A stretch of 64,000 nucleotides of DNA from Batkoa obscura (taxonomy: Eukaryota), in the NCBI GenBank assembly GCA_030770535.1, contig JASVEC010000003.1:310001-374000 (forward strand). The letters run 5' to 3'. The notes beneath the pieces were generated by a model, which was given only the letters and a program-made list of their open reading frames with translations, did not search any database and was not told where the DNA came from. A program made the position numbers and the translations under genes. Below, piece after piece: positions 39,823 through 51,457 of the stretch. Numbering within the stretch: position 1 is the stretch's first letter; each line of letters begins with the position of its first letter.

Positions 39823-41454
39823 TTACATTACCTTAATCAAATCCTCATCAAGCTCACTCAGTTTAAATTCCACACCAACACCCATAAGTGATTGGTAATA
39901 ACCAACTCCTTCATCTTTCAACTCTATCTCTTCATCACCAACATCCATAACTGATTGATAAAATTCAGCTGCTTTATCAAACCTTTTGACGTGACGTAAA
40001 TCTCCGTTTGGATATTTATTATTTGGGTGCTTAAGCCTACAACCAACTTTAAAGCATTTGCCAGCAAAAGAACATTTTTTGAGACGATGACTAGGAAGGA
40101 TCTGTTTAGGATGATACAATTGGCAATCATAGCCAAGGCAATCATCTTCAAGGAAACATCTTACACCAATAATAGAATATGGATTTAGATTAGCATATCT
40201 ACGTAGCTTATGTATGTACATACAATCAGGGAGAGTGCATGCTTCATCGTATCTACAAATCATGGCTTCTTCAATAGGATGAACAAAAAGGCATTGTCTG
40301 GTTTTGTAACCTTCGCAAGCATTCCCATTTTCACATTTTTCAGTTGGATGAAAGTATGTACAGCTACTGTTATCACAGCCTGGAAAATTAATGCATTTGA
40401 TACGTTTAATATAATTGGGTTTGTAGTGATTATAGCTTTGAAATGAGGTTGAATTCACTACTGGTATTGGCATTGGTCCTGATCCTACTACTTTTGTTTG
40501 AATTGGCAATCCTGTACTAGATTGGCTGTTAATAGGGCTAGTCGCATGATTTTGCTTCTGTGGGTGCCTATTACGTGTAGGATAAGGATCACTTACATTC
40601 TTTCCTAAACGGGAGAAAACAGACGCATTTTTAATAATTGGCTGCTTACTACCAGTTTTTTTCTGGCTATCAGCATGAGGAGGCAATGGCGAGACGGGTG
40701 GGTTTTTGGAAAGCGTAGGCTGTTCTGCCTTAGTAGTAGTCTTTGAACTAGAGCGAATAAAAGAAATCTTCTCCTTTGTAGGAGTTGATTCCTTACGAGG
40801 TTGAGATTGTTGTCTAACATGATTACATGTTGATGGTTGATCAAACGGTGTGTTTGGTCGACCATTTCTAACAGCATCACTAGAGTCTTGGTCATTAGGA
40901 CTTAATGATGGTGCTTTGTTATTAGATGCAAGTTTAGAAGAGCGAGTAAAGGAAAGTCCTTTACTTTGAATTACCTCCTTAATTTTTGTAGTGTCAGAAT
41001 GTGAGCGCCTTTGACTTGGAGATCTTAATTCGTTTTCATAGTGTGGGTTACTGCGCTTAAATGATAACGAAGTTTTCCTTTCACTCCTATTTTCAAGAAA
41101 TCTTTCAGGCACCCTGGTGTTAGCAGATGAATTAAATGATATAGGCCTTCGGCGGATATCTGAGTCCTTATCCAAGTCTTTTCTTTCTGACATTCTGCTA
41201 TCTGGAGACCTGATGTGACGATTTTCGTTGCGATAGTTATTACGATTATCTGGTTGCTCCCTTTGGGGGCGGTGATCATTATTATTTTGGTGTAGGCGAG
41301 CCCTTGGAGTATGGGCTTCCTGCCTACGCACTGATTCTTTTTCAACAGTAGTTGTAAGGCTAGGTAAATCCTTAGGCGTTTTTATATCTTTGAAAGCTCT
41401 TAACAGGATACGAGAGTTACGAGCGCTTTCTTTAGTATTGTTAGTTGATGACAT
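39823..41454 (-). CDS. Nab2/ZC3H14-like tandem CCCH zinc-finger protein
   Basis: ATG 41454; long R/S/P-rich region with SVFSRLG; five C-x5-C-x4/7-C-x3-H fingers (e.g. CINFPGCDNSSCTYFHP, CRYDEACTLPDCMYIH). Confidence 0.75.
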   Translation of the reverse strand: MSSTNNTKESARNSRILLRAFKDIKTPKDLPSLTTTVEKESVRRQEAHTPRARLHQNNNDHRPQREQPDNRNNYRNENRHIRSPDSRMSERKDLDKDSDIRRRPISFNSSANTRVPERFLENRSERKTSLSFKRSNPHYENELRSPSQRRSHSDTTKIKEVIQSKGLSFTRSSKLASNNKAPSLSPNDQDSSDAVRNGRPNTPFDQPSTCNHVRQQSQPRKESTPTKEKISFIRSSSKTTTKAEQPTLSKNPPVSPLPPHADSQKKTGSKQPIIKNASVFSRLGKNVSDPYPTRNRHPQKQNHATSPINSQSSTGLPIQTKVVGSGPMPIPVVNSTSFQSYNHYKPNYIKRIKCINFPGCDNSSCTYFHPTEKCENGNACEGYKTRQCLFVHPIEEAMICRYDEACTLPDCMYIHKLRRYANLNPYSIIGVRCFLEDDCLGYDCQLYHPKQILPSHRLKKCSFAGKCFKVGCRLKHPNNKYPNGDLRHVKRFDKAAEFYQSVMDVGDEEIELKDEGVGYYQSLMGVGVEFKLSELDEDLIKVM

Positions 41455-42227
41455 TTTCAAATAAATGAATAAACAAATGGTTAGTTTTCCCCCTTTTTAT
41501 AGTTGAACTGTATCACTAAGTGAATGATTCATGAATTATAGTCCAATCACATTGTGATTATCCTTTTTTGAGGCTAAACACTGGAGGCTGGCAAGGGATT
41601 TGAATCCAATTTAATTTTCAATCACAAAACTGCTTTTATACAGTAGAATTTCACAATTAGCCAATCAGAGTTAAAGTATATGGTAAAGCTTAGCCCCTGT
41701 CATAAGTTGATCTGGACTGGCTTAAAAAAGCGAGTAGGAGTAATAGTTTATTTACAACACGAATTATGACATTAAATTAACTTCATCAGCGCTACTACAA
41801 TTTAAATTACAATTTACAGTTTATAGTTTTTTATCAATATTAATTATAGCAACTAATTATTAAGTTTAAATTTAAAATAGTTAACATTAATATAACTATG
41901 GTAGATTATTTGTATAATAAAATGTGCCGAAGTTTTATTTCTTGATACTTAAGCATATTGAATAGTTTACTATATTGTCCCATTTATTCAGTATACCAAT
42001 TTTCTAATTTTACTTGCGGAAAATCGCTTTCGTGTATTAAAAAGTCATATTTTAAAGTAACATAAGTAACGTCTTATCTTTGGTATCTCCACTAACACAC
42101 CTCTTATTTAAAATCATTTAATTACTACTATTTTTTAAAATTCTACAAAAAAAAAGTCTCTGGTATTTTATTAAACTTTATTTTACTAAACTTTATTTTA
42201 TTAAGATTTCACTTTCAAAAAAATAGT

Positions 42228-43928
42228 TTAATCTTGTTTTAATCTATTATCTTCACTATTTTTTGTAACAAAAGAGAATAAATAAGATACAAAACAGGTC
42301 AATGAATACAAACTAACTAAAACTAGTAAAAGTGTAACAAAATAAAGATCGATCCCATTAGCTTTTATGATTCCCATTTCTTCACTAACTGGTATCAAAT
42401 GTCTAATTTCACATGGTAGCTTTCCATCACTGGAAACATAAGGCTCAAACTCTCTACAAGCTTTTGCTGTATAGGCATGCTGTTCAAACAGATCAGCAGC
42501 TGAATTTTTTTTCTTACTATTATGATGGACAATCGTTTTCATCCTAATTATATTACTTTGAATCTGATTGTCTTTGTCTTGCATTACAGCCTCTATCTGA
42601 TCTAACAAGCTTTCGGACGTAAAAGTATCCAAATCAATAAACTGTCCAACTCCCATTTCTTCAATCTTACGTCCATTTCGAAACTGATCCCCAAATAGAG
42701 CTAGGCATAGGATTGGGGTACCTGCAAGTAATGCTTCAAAGGTAGACTCAGAGCCCCCATGAGATATAAATAGTTTAGTATTTTTGTGCTCCAAGATTGA
42801 CACTTGTGATGCCCAAGGCATTAATCTAATATTTGAATATTCATTATTAAATATATATTTTGTTTCAATTTGTTTGTTATTAATTGTTATATGTGTTGGA
42901 AAATCTTCTTGTCTTGTTCTCCCTAAACCCCAAATGATACCATCTATAAATCCATTGTCAATAGCTTGCATCGAAGCTTCTAATAATTTTTTTGCTAATG
43001 TAGCGTCTAGTATGGAATTTGATCCAAAAGCTATAAACAGTACCTTCTGATGAGAATTTAAGAAGTCTTCAAAGTCTTTTGACAGCATTTCTTTATTTTC
43101 AGAGACAATAGGTCCTAACTGATGAATATTAGGAACAATGGGTACGGCTGGCTCAAATCCAACAAATGTATTGGCAACCATTAAGCCATAATTCAGGTTC
43201 CCAAATACGTCTTTACCTCTGGGTAAATTATATTTCTCCTTGATCTTATTAATCTTTTTATTAAATGGTAGTAAATATCTCATCTCTAAAACCTGCTCAA
43301 CAATCAACTTATCAAACCTTTCAAAAAATGTCATTTTATCAGTATAAATCGGTCCATAACCCATACTCTTTGTAATATAAGGTGCTGTTACAAACCCCAT
43401 AATATCAGTAGTTTGAAGCCCAATGATCAATGGAATACCTAAGCTTCTTGAAGCATCTAAACAAGGATGAGACGCAAAATCACATACTATCATATCTGGT
43501 CTATGATCTTTTAAATACTTGATTAATGGCTCATACAATGTTGAATAAGATCTTTCCACCACAGGTATCAATGAAGTACTGATCCTTCGCATTGGATCAA
43601 ACTCTTTTTTCTTATTTGATAAATTCAAGCTCATGATATCTCGTATCTCTTCTGAGGTCATCATGGCTGGGCCAAGTGTATAATTGTTAAAAGTATACCC
43701 ACTCATAAAGGGCATGTTGTCCTCTAAAGCTATATAAATCACTTCGTGTCCTCTTTTATGTAAGACTTCACCAATTTCTAATATTGGTTTTATGTGAGAG
43801 CGACCACCAAAGCCTGAGTGCAAAGCTATCTTTAAATTACCGGAAGTAGGTAAATCAAAAGCCGATTGTTTGTTGCATGAGATTGAAATTAGTTGAAATA
43901 GAATTGGAAATAAAAAGTTTAGTTTCAT
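42228..43928 (-). CDS. UDP-glycosyltransferase (GT1, UDP-glucuronosyltransferase-type architecture) copy 2, intact
   Basis: Signal peptide, GGRSH catalytic His, IVCDF, signature WASQVSILEH...FISHGGSESTFEA...GTP...LFGDQ, C-terminal TM helix, LKQD end. Confidence 0.93.
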   Translation of the reverse strand: MKLNFLFPILFQLISISCNKQSAFDLPTSGNLKIALHSGFGGRSHIKPILEIGEVLHKRGHEVIYIALEDNMPFMSGYTFNNYTLGPAMMTSEEIRDIMSLNLSNKKKEFDPMRRISTSLIPVVERSYSTLYEPLIKYLKDHRPDMIVCDFASHPCLDASRSLGIPLIIGLQTTDIMGFVTAPYITKSMGYGPIYTDKMTFFERFDKLIVEQVLEMRYLLPFNKKINKIKEKYNLPRGKDVFGNLNYGLMVANTFVGFEPAVPIVPNIHQLGPIVSENKEMLSKDFEDFLNSHQKVLFIAFGSNSILDATLAKKLLEASMQAIDNGFIDGIIWGLGRTRQEDFPTHITINNKQIETKYIFNNEYSNIRLMPWASQVSILEHKNTKLFISHGGSESTFEALLAGTPILCLALFGDQFRNGRKIEEMGVGQFIDLDTFTSESLLDQIEAVMQDKDNQIQSNIIRMKTIVHHNSKKKNSAADLFEQHAYTAKACREFEPYVSSDGKLPCEIRHLIPVSEEMGIIKANGIDLYFVTLLLVLVSLYSLTCFVSYLFSFVTKNSEDNRLKQD

Positions 43929-44030
43929 TTTTCGAGAAAGACAAATTTTTAATTAAGTTGGATTTCAATAAATAGGAATGTTACATAATTAATTCAAGGT
44001 CTTCAATGCGTAATGGGAATTATTAGAATT

Positions 44031-44121
44031 GTATGTATTTTTTTAAAAATTTTACTAATAATTTTTCCACTCAAATAGCGCTTAAAAATGGAAAAAGCGA
44101 TGAAACCAAAAAAACATCCCT
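44031..44121 (+). mobile_element. ~98-bp MITE copy with decayed left end, ~100 bp upstream of the UGT start
   Basis: ATGTATTTTT...CCACTCAAATAGCGCTTAAAAATGG...ACATCCCT. Confidence 0.85.
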
Positions 44122-44410
44122 ATATCTTATTCATTAGCCCAATGAGAGTATTGTTCTTTTTTATTATAAATATTGGCAAAATCTTTTAAATAAAAAGACT
44201 TAATAAAGTTAAAAAAGCAGCTTTTTAAATATAACTATAAGATATCTTAAAAATTCTGTACTATATTAAAGTAATCGTGTAGCTTTTATTATACAATAAA
44301 ATCATATATAGCTGGTGTAAAAAGCAACCTTTATGTATAATAACAATAAAGCATTATAAAATATTATAAAATTTAAAAAGTATTGTAGGCAATAGTACAT
44401 TAAATTTTAA

Positions 44411-44465
44411 AAAAATAAAAATAAAAATAAAAATAAAAATAAAAATAAAAATAAAAATAAAAATA
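44411..44465 (+). repeat. (AAAAAT)n hexamer tandem repeat, ~9 units
   Basis: Direct read. Confidence 0.9.
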
Positions 44466-44499
44466 ATGGTTTTAAAAGATTACTTTTTATTAAACGTAC

Positions 44500-44915
44500 T
44501 ACCTGGCCTTAATTCACTCCCTTCCCCCGTCCACTTAATTTCCCCGGTGTTCTCTATTCACTATCTAGTTTAAGTTCTCTGCCAAGAGCCCTTGCACTTT
44601 CTGCTAGATTATAGGCTTTACAAAAAATTTACTATATTCAAATTTAATAAATCGACAATCTCATAGCTTTCTTTTAATCCTGTCTGTCTCCACTCGATGG
44701 GGAATCCTTTAGAGATTAGAAAGAAATATATCTCACCTTACCCCTCTACATTTACTAAGGGTAGTGACATGTTTGACTCTATTTCTACACTCTCAACCAG
44801 GCTCCTTTAAGTGCTACGACCACTTAGGTTCACTAATCTAAGTATTTGACATTTTATTTTAATCAATAGAGTATTTAGGGGTAACGCTCTACAAAAGAAA
44901 AAAATACAAAGAAAA
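44500..44915 (+). mobile_element. 5'-truncated, degenerate L1-like LINE 3' end
   Basis: 44585-44727 aligns by eye with 7615-7762 (AGAGCC...GATT...TTT(T/C)AA(T/C)CC...TGGG...GAGATTAGAA); A-rich tail at ~44893-44915. Confidence 0.55.
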
Positions 44916-45051
44916 CATCGAGTTTAATAAACACTTTATTACAGTCAATTAATTTTGAAAATGCCATCTATCGGTGTTTGGCAGCGGAATTAGCAACTAT
45001 TTAAATAGCAATGAATCCTTTTATCAACAAACTATAATATCTATAAATAAA

Positions 45052-45693
45052 TTAACGGCTTGAGCGTTTTTTGTCCTTGTGATTAACAATAATTATAGAT
45101 AAGGTAAATAAAAAAATATCCAAATTTTCTTCTCGAATACGACAATTCTGATTTAAGGTGTGCGTCTTAGATGGATAGGCATTATATATAAGAAGTTTGT
45201 TGAGAGAACATGAATCTAATAACGTCCATTTAAAACCAGAGTGTGTTGATATCCAAGTATATTTAATCACTTCTCCACTTACTTTATCCATAGTAATAAG
45301 GTAAGTCGGAATTGAATCCAAGGCTTTATATTTGAACGTAATAGCTGAATATCTTTCAGAGCAATAATTAAAAGCGATTATCTCGCAGCTTGTAGATAAT
45401 TCTGAAATAATACTATGGTTTAGTTTTAATATACATATATTCTGTTTGGTAAGATATTTTGCTTCTTTAGTTGATATTATACTTTTAAACGATACCCCAC
45501 TTTGCCTATTTACTATGTCTACTTGTTTTTCAAAAAATCCTCCAACTGTCACTGTATAGCTTGCTACTCTGATTGTTGGCTTACTTAATCCAGTAATAAC
45601 AGCATATTCGTTTTTTAATATTGTTGTAGGGCTTATAATCTGCTGAGATTTCCTTTTGTTGCTTATTATGCTTGTTAAAAAACTAAACCCCAT
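45052..45693 (-). CDS. Tubby-C/LOR-like family member 11
   Basis: 213-aa ORF: SYTVTVGGFFEKQVDI...ILKL...RYSAIT...YTW...WTL...LLIY...IREENLDIFLFTLSIIIVNH. Confidence 0.85.
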   Translation of the reverse strand: MGFSFLTSIISNKRKSQQIISPTTILKNEYAVITGLSKPTIRVASYTVTVGGFFEKQVDIVNRQSGVSFKSIISTKEAKYLTKQNICILKLNHSIISELSTSCEIIAFNYCSERYSAITFKYKALDSIPTYLITMDKVSGEVIKYTWISTHSGFKWTLLDSCSLNKLLIYNAYPSKTHTLNQNCRIREENLDIFLFTLSIIIVNHKDKKRSSR

Positions 45694-46469
45694 TTTTTAC
45701 TTTGAATTTTATTATAACACAAATGTTACCTCTTGTTTATATACTATACTTTTATTACAAGATTGATCCTAAAGTAATTAATGAAATCAGGTTTAATCTT
45801 TAACTCAGAATAACTAATTTATTTTATAATTTAAACTAAAACCATGCATACTTATTTAAACAATAGCAAGGTATTTTAACTGTTGCTATACAATTAAAGA
45901 CAAGTATTGCTTTCAAAATTCTTATGAATGTCTTCTATGAACCCAAATCATATATCATAATGCTTTAATGTTGTCATTAATATTATTAAAAATTTATTAA
46001 AAGTTCTTAAAAGGCAAATGAATATACAATTGCTATATTAGAATGATTACAATTTTAATAGCATGGCTATAGAAGCCGCTTCAATGCTTAAAGATTTAAC
46101 AAATTACATGTAGATTGTAAACAAACAATGTAAATAAATTAAATTAAATTAAAATATAAACAACGTAAATAAATTAAATTAAAGTATAAGCAAACAAACC
46201 TTTAGGCTTTTTGTTTTAGAATTTAAATATAATCGTATTATTTATTTCAAACTACTATAAGACTTATAAATTTTTAAAAACATTGTTATTATTTTTCAAT
46301 GGCTATGTATATATAAATAAAACTATTATATAAAAAAATACCATCTCTGTCGATGCATTCACAACGTTTAAAACAAACTTGAATATCTGACTTTTCTAAC
46401 TTCCGTCTTTAATTAAGTAAAAGCACCCTTTGTATTCATGCTATGAAAACGGCTTTACAACTAACATAT

Positions 46470-46567
46470 GGGGATGTATTTTTCTGTTTAAGAATTTTAC
46501 TAACAATCTTTCCACTCAAATAGCGCTTAAAAATGAAAAAAATAATGAAACCAAAAAAAACATCCCC
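46470..46567 (+). mobile_element. ~98-bp MITE copy, closest to consensus
   Basis: TIRs GGGGATGT(A/T)TTTTT; ATAT on both sides. Confidence 0.92.
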
Positions 46568-47246
46568 ATATAATTTAATATTTTTGAAAGATGAAATAAA
46601 ATGTTATATCAGAAAACTAGCTTATAACACTTAAAACATTTAATTCATGAATAAATTTTTGTTACAATGACGCTCAGTTTTGTGCTTTATATATAACAAT
46701 ATGTATAACTCATTAAAAATGCCAGCTTTACATTATATATCACATTTAAATCTTTATTGCTATTGGAATAAATTAAGAAAAAGTAGCCGTTTATTGATAA
46801 TAAGTATTTATTTAAACTTATTTAAATTTACTATAATTCTATTGTGTTCAAATCCGTTTATGAATTAAATTTAAAATACCAAAGCTTTTTAACCTTTTGT
46901 TATTTATTCTTAAATGAACACTACCCTAGGCACGTATTTCTATAATTTTTTTTACTAAAGCCACTAATATACAAACACTTCATGTTTACTTTACATTCGT
47001 ACCAACTTTAACGTTATTTTAAAACCACCCTACCAACTACCTTTCTGGTTTTTAAGCATTTGAGTCTTGATTGCTATTTTTTAAAGTTATTTTATAAACA
47101 TTATGCTTTGGAAATGTATTATTATAAATTAATACTTGTTCGAAAAGAGTCTTCGATTCTAGAGAAAGTATTTTTTCAGGCCTTGAGACAGAAATATTAA
47201 TGTTTTATTTATAGGGTTACGATTTTTTTAATCTACACCTACATAT

Positions 47247-47307
47247 GGTGATGTATTTTTTTGTTTAAGATTGTTGGTAAAATTCTTAAACATAAAAATA
47301 CATCTTC
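47247..47307. mobile_element. Palindromic MITE derivative made of two inverted left ends
   Basis: GGTGATGTATTTTTTTGTTTAAGA...TCTTAAACATAAAAATACATCTTC with ATAT on both sides. Confidence 0.8.
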
Positions 47308-47802
47308 ATATGAGAAACAATATCCAAAACAGGCTATTTAAAAGTTATATACTCAGCATAGGCTACTTAGAACTTGATATTTTAAATCCGGCTTAAAGCA
47401 TTTAGTCAAAATGATTAAATATAAACTAAATTGAGTTTTGACAAGAAATATTAAAAAAGACTGTGATTTACTACAGAATAAAGCAGTGGGTAATGCTATC
47501 AGTTACAAAAACTAACATAAACTACGTTTTTGTACATTTTATTTTATTATAAATTAATGAGCTTTAAGGAAAGGCCACTGATTAAACTTTTTATTTAGTG
47601 TAACTTACATTAAATATGTTTAAGTTTTATAATGGGATTTAAGAGGAATTATTCTCCATTACAACAATAAACAAATGAGCTGTATATTTAAACTATAATA
47701 ATAATTAGTTGAAAAAAGGGAAGCCAACTAATGATCTATTTGGTCGCTAAATAGAAATTAAGAGTTCTAATTAAGAAATTGGGGACCATGAGAAATAATA
47801 CA

Positions 47803-48555
47803 ATGACCTTAGAAACAAAGAGACCTCTCAATAACGAATATGATCCACTAACTAGTTGTAATGACGTATTAAAAAATGATACGAATAGTGGTTCCCAATT
47901 TCAAGGGAGTAGTAATATGGATGGGAATGAAATGATTCCATATTCAGTAAGTAAAAGCGGATTTCTTACGAAAGTAATAGAGATTAAAGATGGTCAAACA
48001 GATCAAGTTTACAATTTAAAAATATCTAATAATATAACCAAGTTCTTTGATTCACGCTCAGGTCAAGAAATTTTGAAATTAAAATGCCAAGGATTCGCAT
48101 ATGATAATACAACTTGGAATCTGACCTACGTTGTGAAAAATCCAGAGAGTTATTAAGAAGTTTTCATGGTTAAGAAAGGGTTTATGTTTGACAATAAATA
48201 TACTTTAAATCTCAAAAAACAAGATAATACTATGGTAATCCTTTATTGTATTACTGCTTCGGGCTTCGGAGGTAATTGGACCTTATTTGATTCTCAAAAT
48301 CAAGCGTTATTGGAATATCATATCCATGCTCTTAAAGAAAATACTTTAAAGCAGTTTAAGTATATTGATAAAATTGATTTACCAATCTATTTTACATCTC
48401 TAGTTACTCTAGCTATGGATGCCGATGGTCGACAACATACTACTGCTGTTGGATATCAAGCCGCGAATACTCTGCCAACCTGGGTAAAATTTGATCGTAT
48501 ATTTTTAATAAAAAACTCTCAAAAATCTAATTTCTGTATATTAATTAATGATTAG
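47803..48555 (+). pseudogene. Tubby-C/LOR-like family member 12 (single nonsense codon)
   Basis: MTLETKRP start aligns with MSLETEKP of 8024-8686. TAA at 48154-48156 where paralogs have CAA (RYQEV). Same frame continues; PPSY has decayed to PLTSC. Confidence 0.85.
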
Positions 48556-49093
48556 GTAGAGTAATTTTTTAGGAAAGGCAGAAATATTGAATTGTAAAAA
48601 TTGCTTCACTGAAGTTTTATACTAATAAATATATTAAAAAAAGTATCAAGAATTATACATTAATGAAACGGGTTTTCTGCATTTTATAACTTGATACAGT
48701 AACTCCTTTTTTATGCGAAATTTAGATAAATTTTTTAAAATATTGAAACAAAAGACATGGCCCCATATAAATCAAAATGCCTTATCAGAGAGTGTATATA
48801 TTAAATAATTTTGAAAGGATGTGATGAAATATCTTAAATTAATAAGATCATATATATATAAGTATACGAAATTTTTTAAAGATATTGTACGAAACCAAAA
48901 TAAAAGTAATTGAATTTTAAAAAATAGAAAATAAGGATGATTAGATTTGAAATATAGTAAAAAAATTGATGATGAAATGAAGATTATAAAGAAAAAATTA
49001 TAAATCAAACAGTGCTTGAAGAAAAAAAACCACAATGATTTTATCTGTAAAATAAAACCCCTTAACATTTTTTAAATTTAAGTTTTGTAATAT

Positions 49094-49189
49094 GGGGTGT
49101 CTTTTTTGATTTCATCTCTTTTTCTATTTCTTGTGAGCTATTAAGTGGAAAAAATGTTAGCAAATTTCTTAAACAAAAAAGGCATCCCC
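49094..49189 (-). mobile_element. ~98-bp MITE copy, diverged
   Basis: GGGGTGTC...GCATCCCC; ATAT left, GTAT right. Confidence 0.85.
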
Positions 49190-50028
49190 GTATTTTTTGT
49201 TGGTTCAAACATGAATCTATCGTAATCTTATTTGAAATGATTTATAACTAGAATAACTTGTAGTTAAGCGTTTTTTGTTTATAATTTACAGCTGTTATTT
49301 TTAATAAATTTAAGGATATGTAAAAATCTATATTCCTCAAATTCATGTTAAAAAAAATTGAATATAAATTAAAAAACAATCTAAGACGTTTAATTGCAAA
49401 CTGCTATATAGCAGAAAGATACCAAAAAAATATTAGAAAAGTATAATTGTTTCAAGGGTAGGAATAGAAAAAGCTAATCTACAGCCAATGTCTATGAAAA
49501 CATTCTTAATTTACTGGTTTAGATTTTTTATTTTCAAAATTGATTAGTTTTTAACAATTTGATAGTAAATTACTACTTAAAATAGAACTAATTAAATGAA
49601 CTTAAATTTGATTTATTATATGACTCTGATATGGTATTATCTTATGACCTTTGATTACGACTTTTTCTTTTTAATAGCTTTTGAACTAATGTAATTTATA
49701 TCAAATGTATTTAATTATTTATAACCTAATTAAAGTAATTCTAAAGCTATTAAATGAAGATACATTCAGATTTTAGTTAGATAGTCTACTATTTGGCCAT
49801 ATCACGATAAGCTGACATTTGATCACCTATATAGAAAGAATAATCTTATTATAGACAAACAGTAATTAATGGATGCATTGATTATAAAAGTTAAGGTAGA
49901 TGATAAAACAAAATCATGTCTCATATAAATATTAAACAGGAGAAACACTATAAATACATAGACAAAGAGGCCATTCTAAGGATCAAAAAGTTTAATCAAA
50001 TAATTGAATATAATTAAAAAACAATACA

Positions 50029-51198
50029 ATGAAATTATTTGCTGTCTTTGCCGTCACTTCTTCTCTCCTTGCTTCAGTATTCGCTGACCTTGCTCCATTA
50101 CACAAAAATGGGAAAATCATTGAAGGAAGTTATTTAGTTACTTTAAAGGGTAATACTCGTACCACGGTTGATGCCCATATCAAACAAGTACAGGAACTCT
50201 TTACTGACCGTAGTGGATCCAACAAAATCGAAGCCGTTTTCACTGAAATTGGAAACACCTATCATGCTCGCTTAACTGATTCAGTCTTAGAAAAAGTGCG
50301 TAACTTATCAGAAGTTGCTTTTATTGAAACTGATGCTGAAGTCAAACTCCATGCCACTCAGAATAATGCCCCATGGGGTCTTGCTCGTATCTCTCAAAAC
50401 ATTTTCGCTGATAAATCTACCTACAACTACGATGGTGATGGTTCAGGTGTAACTGTATATCTTATTGATACTGGTATCCTCACTACCCATCCTGAATTTG
50501 GAGGCCGTGCCAGATTTGGTGCTAAATTTGCTGGTACTAACAATAATGATGAAAATGGTCATGGTACTCACTGTGCTGGTACTATTGGTTCTAGGTCTTA
50601 TGGTGTCTCAAAAAATGTCAATCTCGTTGCAGTTAAAGTATTTGATGGAAGTGGTTCAGGCACTAGCTCAGGAGTTATCTCTGCTATCAACTGGTCTGTT
50701 AAAGACAAAAAGGGCGTAAAAGGAAATGTCATTAGTATGTCTCTTGGTGGTGGCAAATCCGATACTCTTAACAATGCAGTTGAAGCTGCTTACCAAAAAG
50801 GGTTTGTAGCTGTTGTAGCTGCCGGTAATGAGAGTCAAGATGCATGCAATGTATCACCAGCCTCAACACCAAATGCTATCACTGTTGCTGCTTCTGATAT
50901 TGATGATAATCTTGCCTCTTTTTCCAATTTTGGTAAATGTGTTGATGTTATTGCCCCAGGCGTGGATATTTTATCTACCTGGAATGATGGGAACACTAAC
51001 ACTATCTCTGGTACCTCCATGGCTACTCCACACGTTGCTGGTCTTGCTGCCTACTTCCTTTCTAAACAAACTTTAACCAATGCCCAAGTGGGCCAAAAAA
51101 TTACCAGCCTTGCTACTCAAGACGTTATAAGCGATGCAGGAACCGATACTCCTAATCTTTTAGCTTTCAATGGTTATGGCTCAAACTTAAAAAAATAA
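50029..51198 (+). CDS. Secreted subtilisin (S8A, proteinase K-like) with I9 propeptide
   Basis: Signal peptide, APWGLARIS, catalytic IDTG / GHGTHCAG / SGTSMATPHVAG; TATAAATA at 49948. Confidence 0.97.
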   Translation: MKLFAVFAVTSSLLASVFADLAPLHKNGKIIEGSYLVTLKGNTRTTVDAHIKQVQELFTDRSGSNKIEAVFTEIGNTYHARLTDSVLEKVRNLSEVAFIETDAEVKLHATQNNAPWGLARISQNIFADKSTYNYDGDGSGVTVYLIDTGILTTHPEFGGRARFGAKFAGTNNNDENGHGTHCAGTIGSRSYGVSKNVNLVAVKVFDGSGSGTSSGVISAINWSVKDKKGVKGNVISMSLGGGKSDTLNNAVEAAYQKGFVAVVAAGNESQDACNVSPASTPNAITVAASDIDDNLASFSNFGKCVDVIAPGVDILSTWNDGNTNTISGTSMATPHVAGLAAYFLSKQTLTNAQVGQKITSLATQDVISDAGTDTPNLLAFNGYGSNLKK

Positions 51199-51457
51199 AA
51201 GCCTGAATATATCAAATTTAATTTCAAAAATTTTGTTAAGTATATATAATTTTACTTTAGTACTTATTTTATAACCTATCTTCAAAATTAGCAATAGATG
51301 TAAGAACTTTCTTGCTATATTAAATTATAAACTAAGTTAATTTTCGACCAAAATTATAACAAGCTAAACATTTAACATTTGTTATATAGATCAAATATTA
51401 TTCAATAAAATTCCACATTTTATGTTTATTCTTCTTATTTTATTTAAAATACTATTA

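Noticed and set aside
48772..49068. 98-aa F/I/L-rich ORF
   Set aside because: Composition is what AT-rich non-coding DNA gives by chance; no motif.
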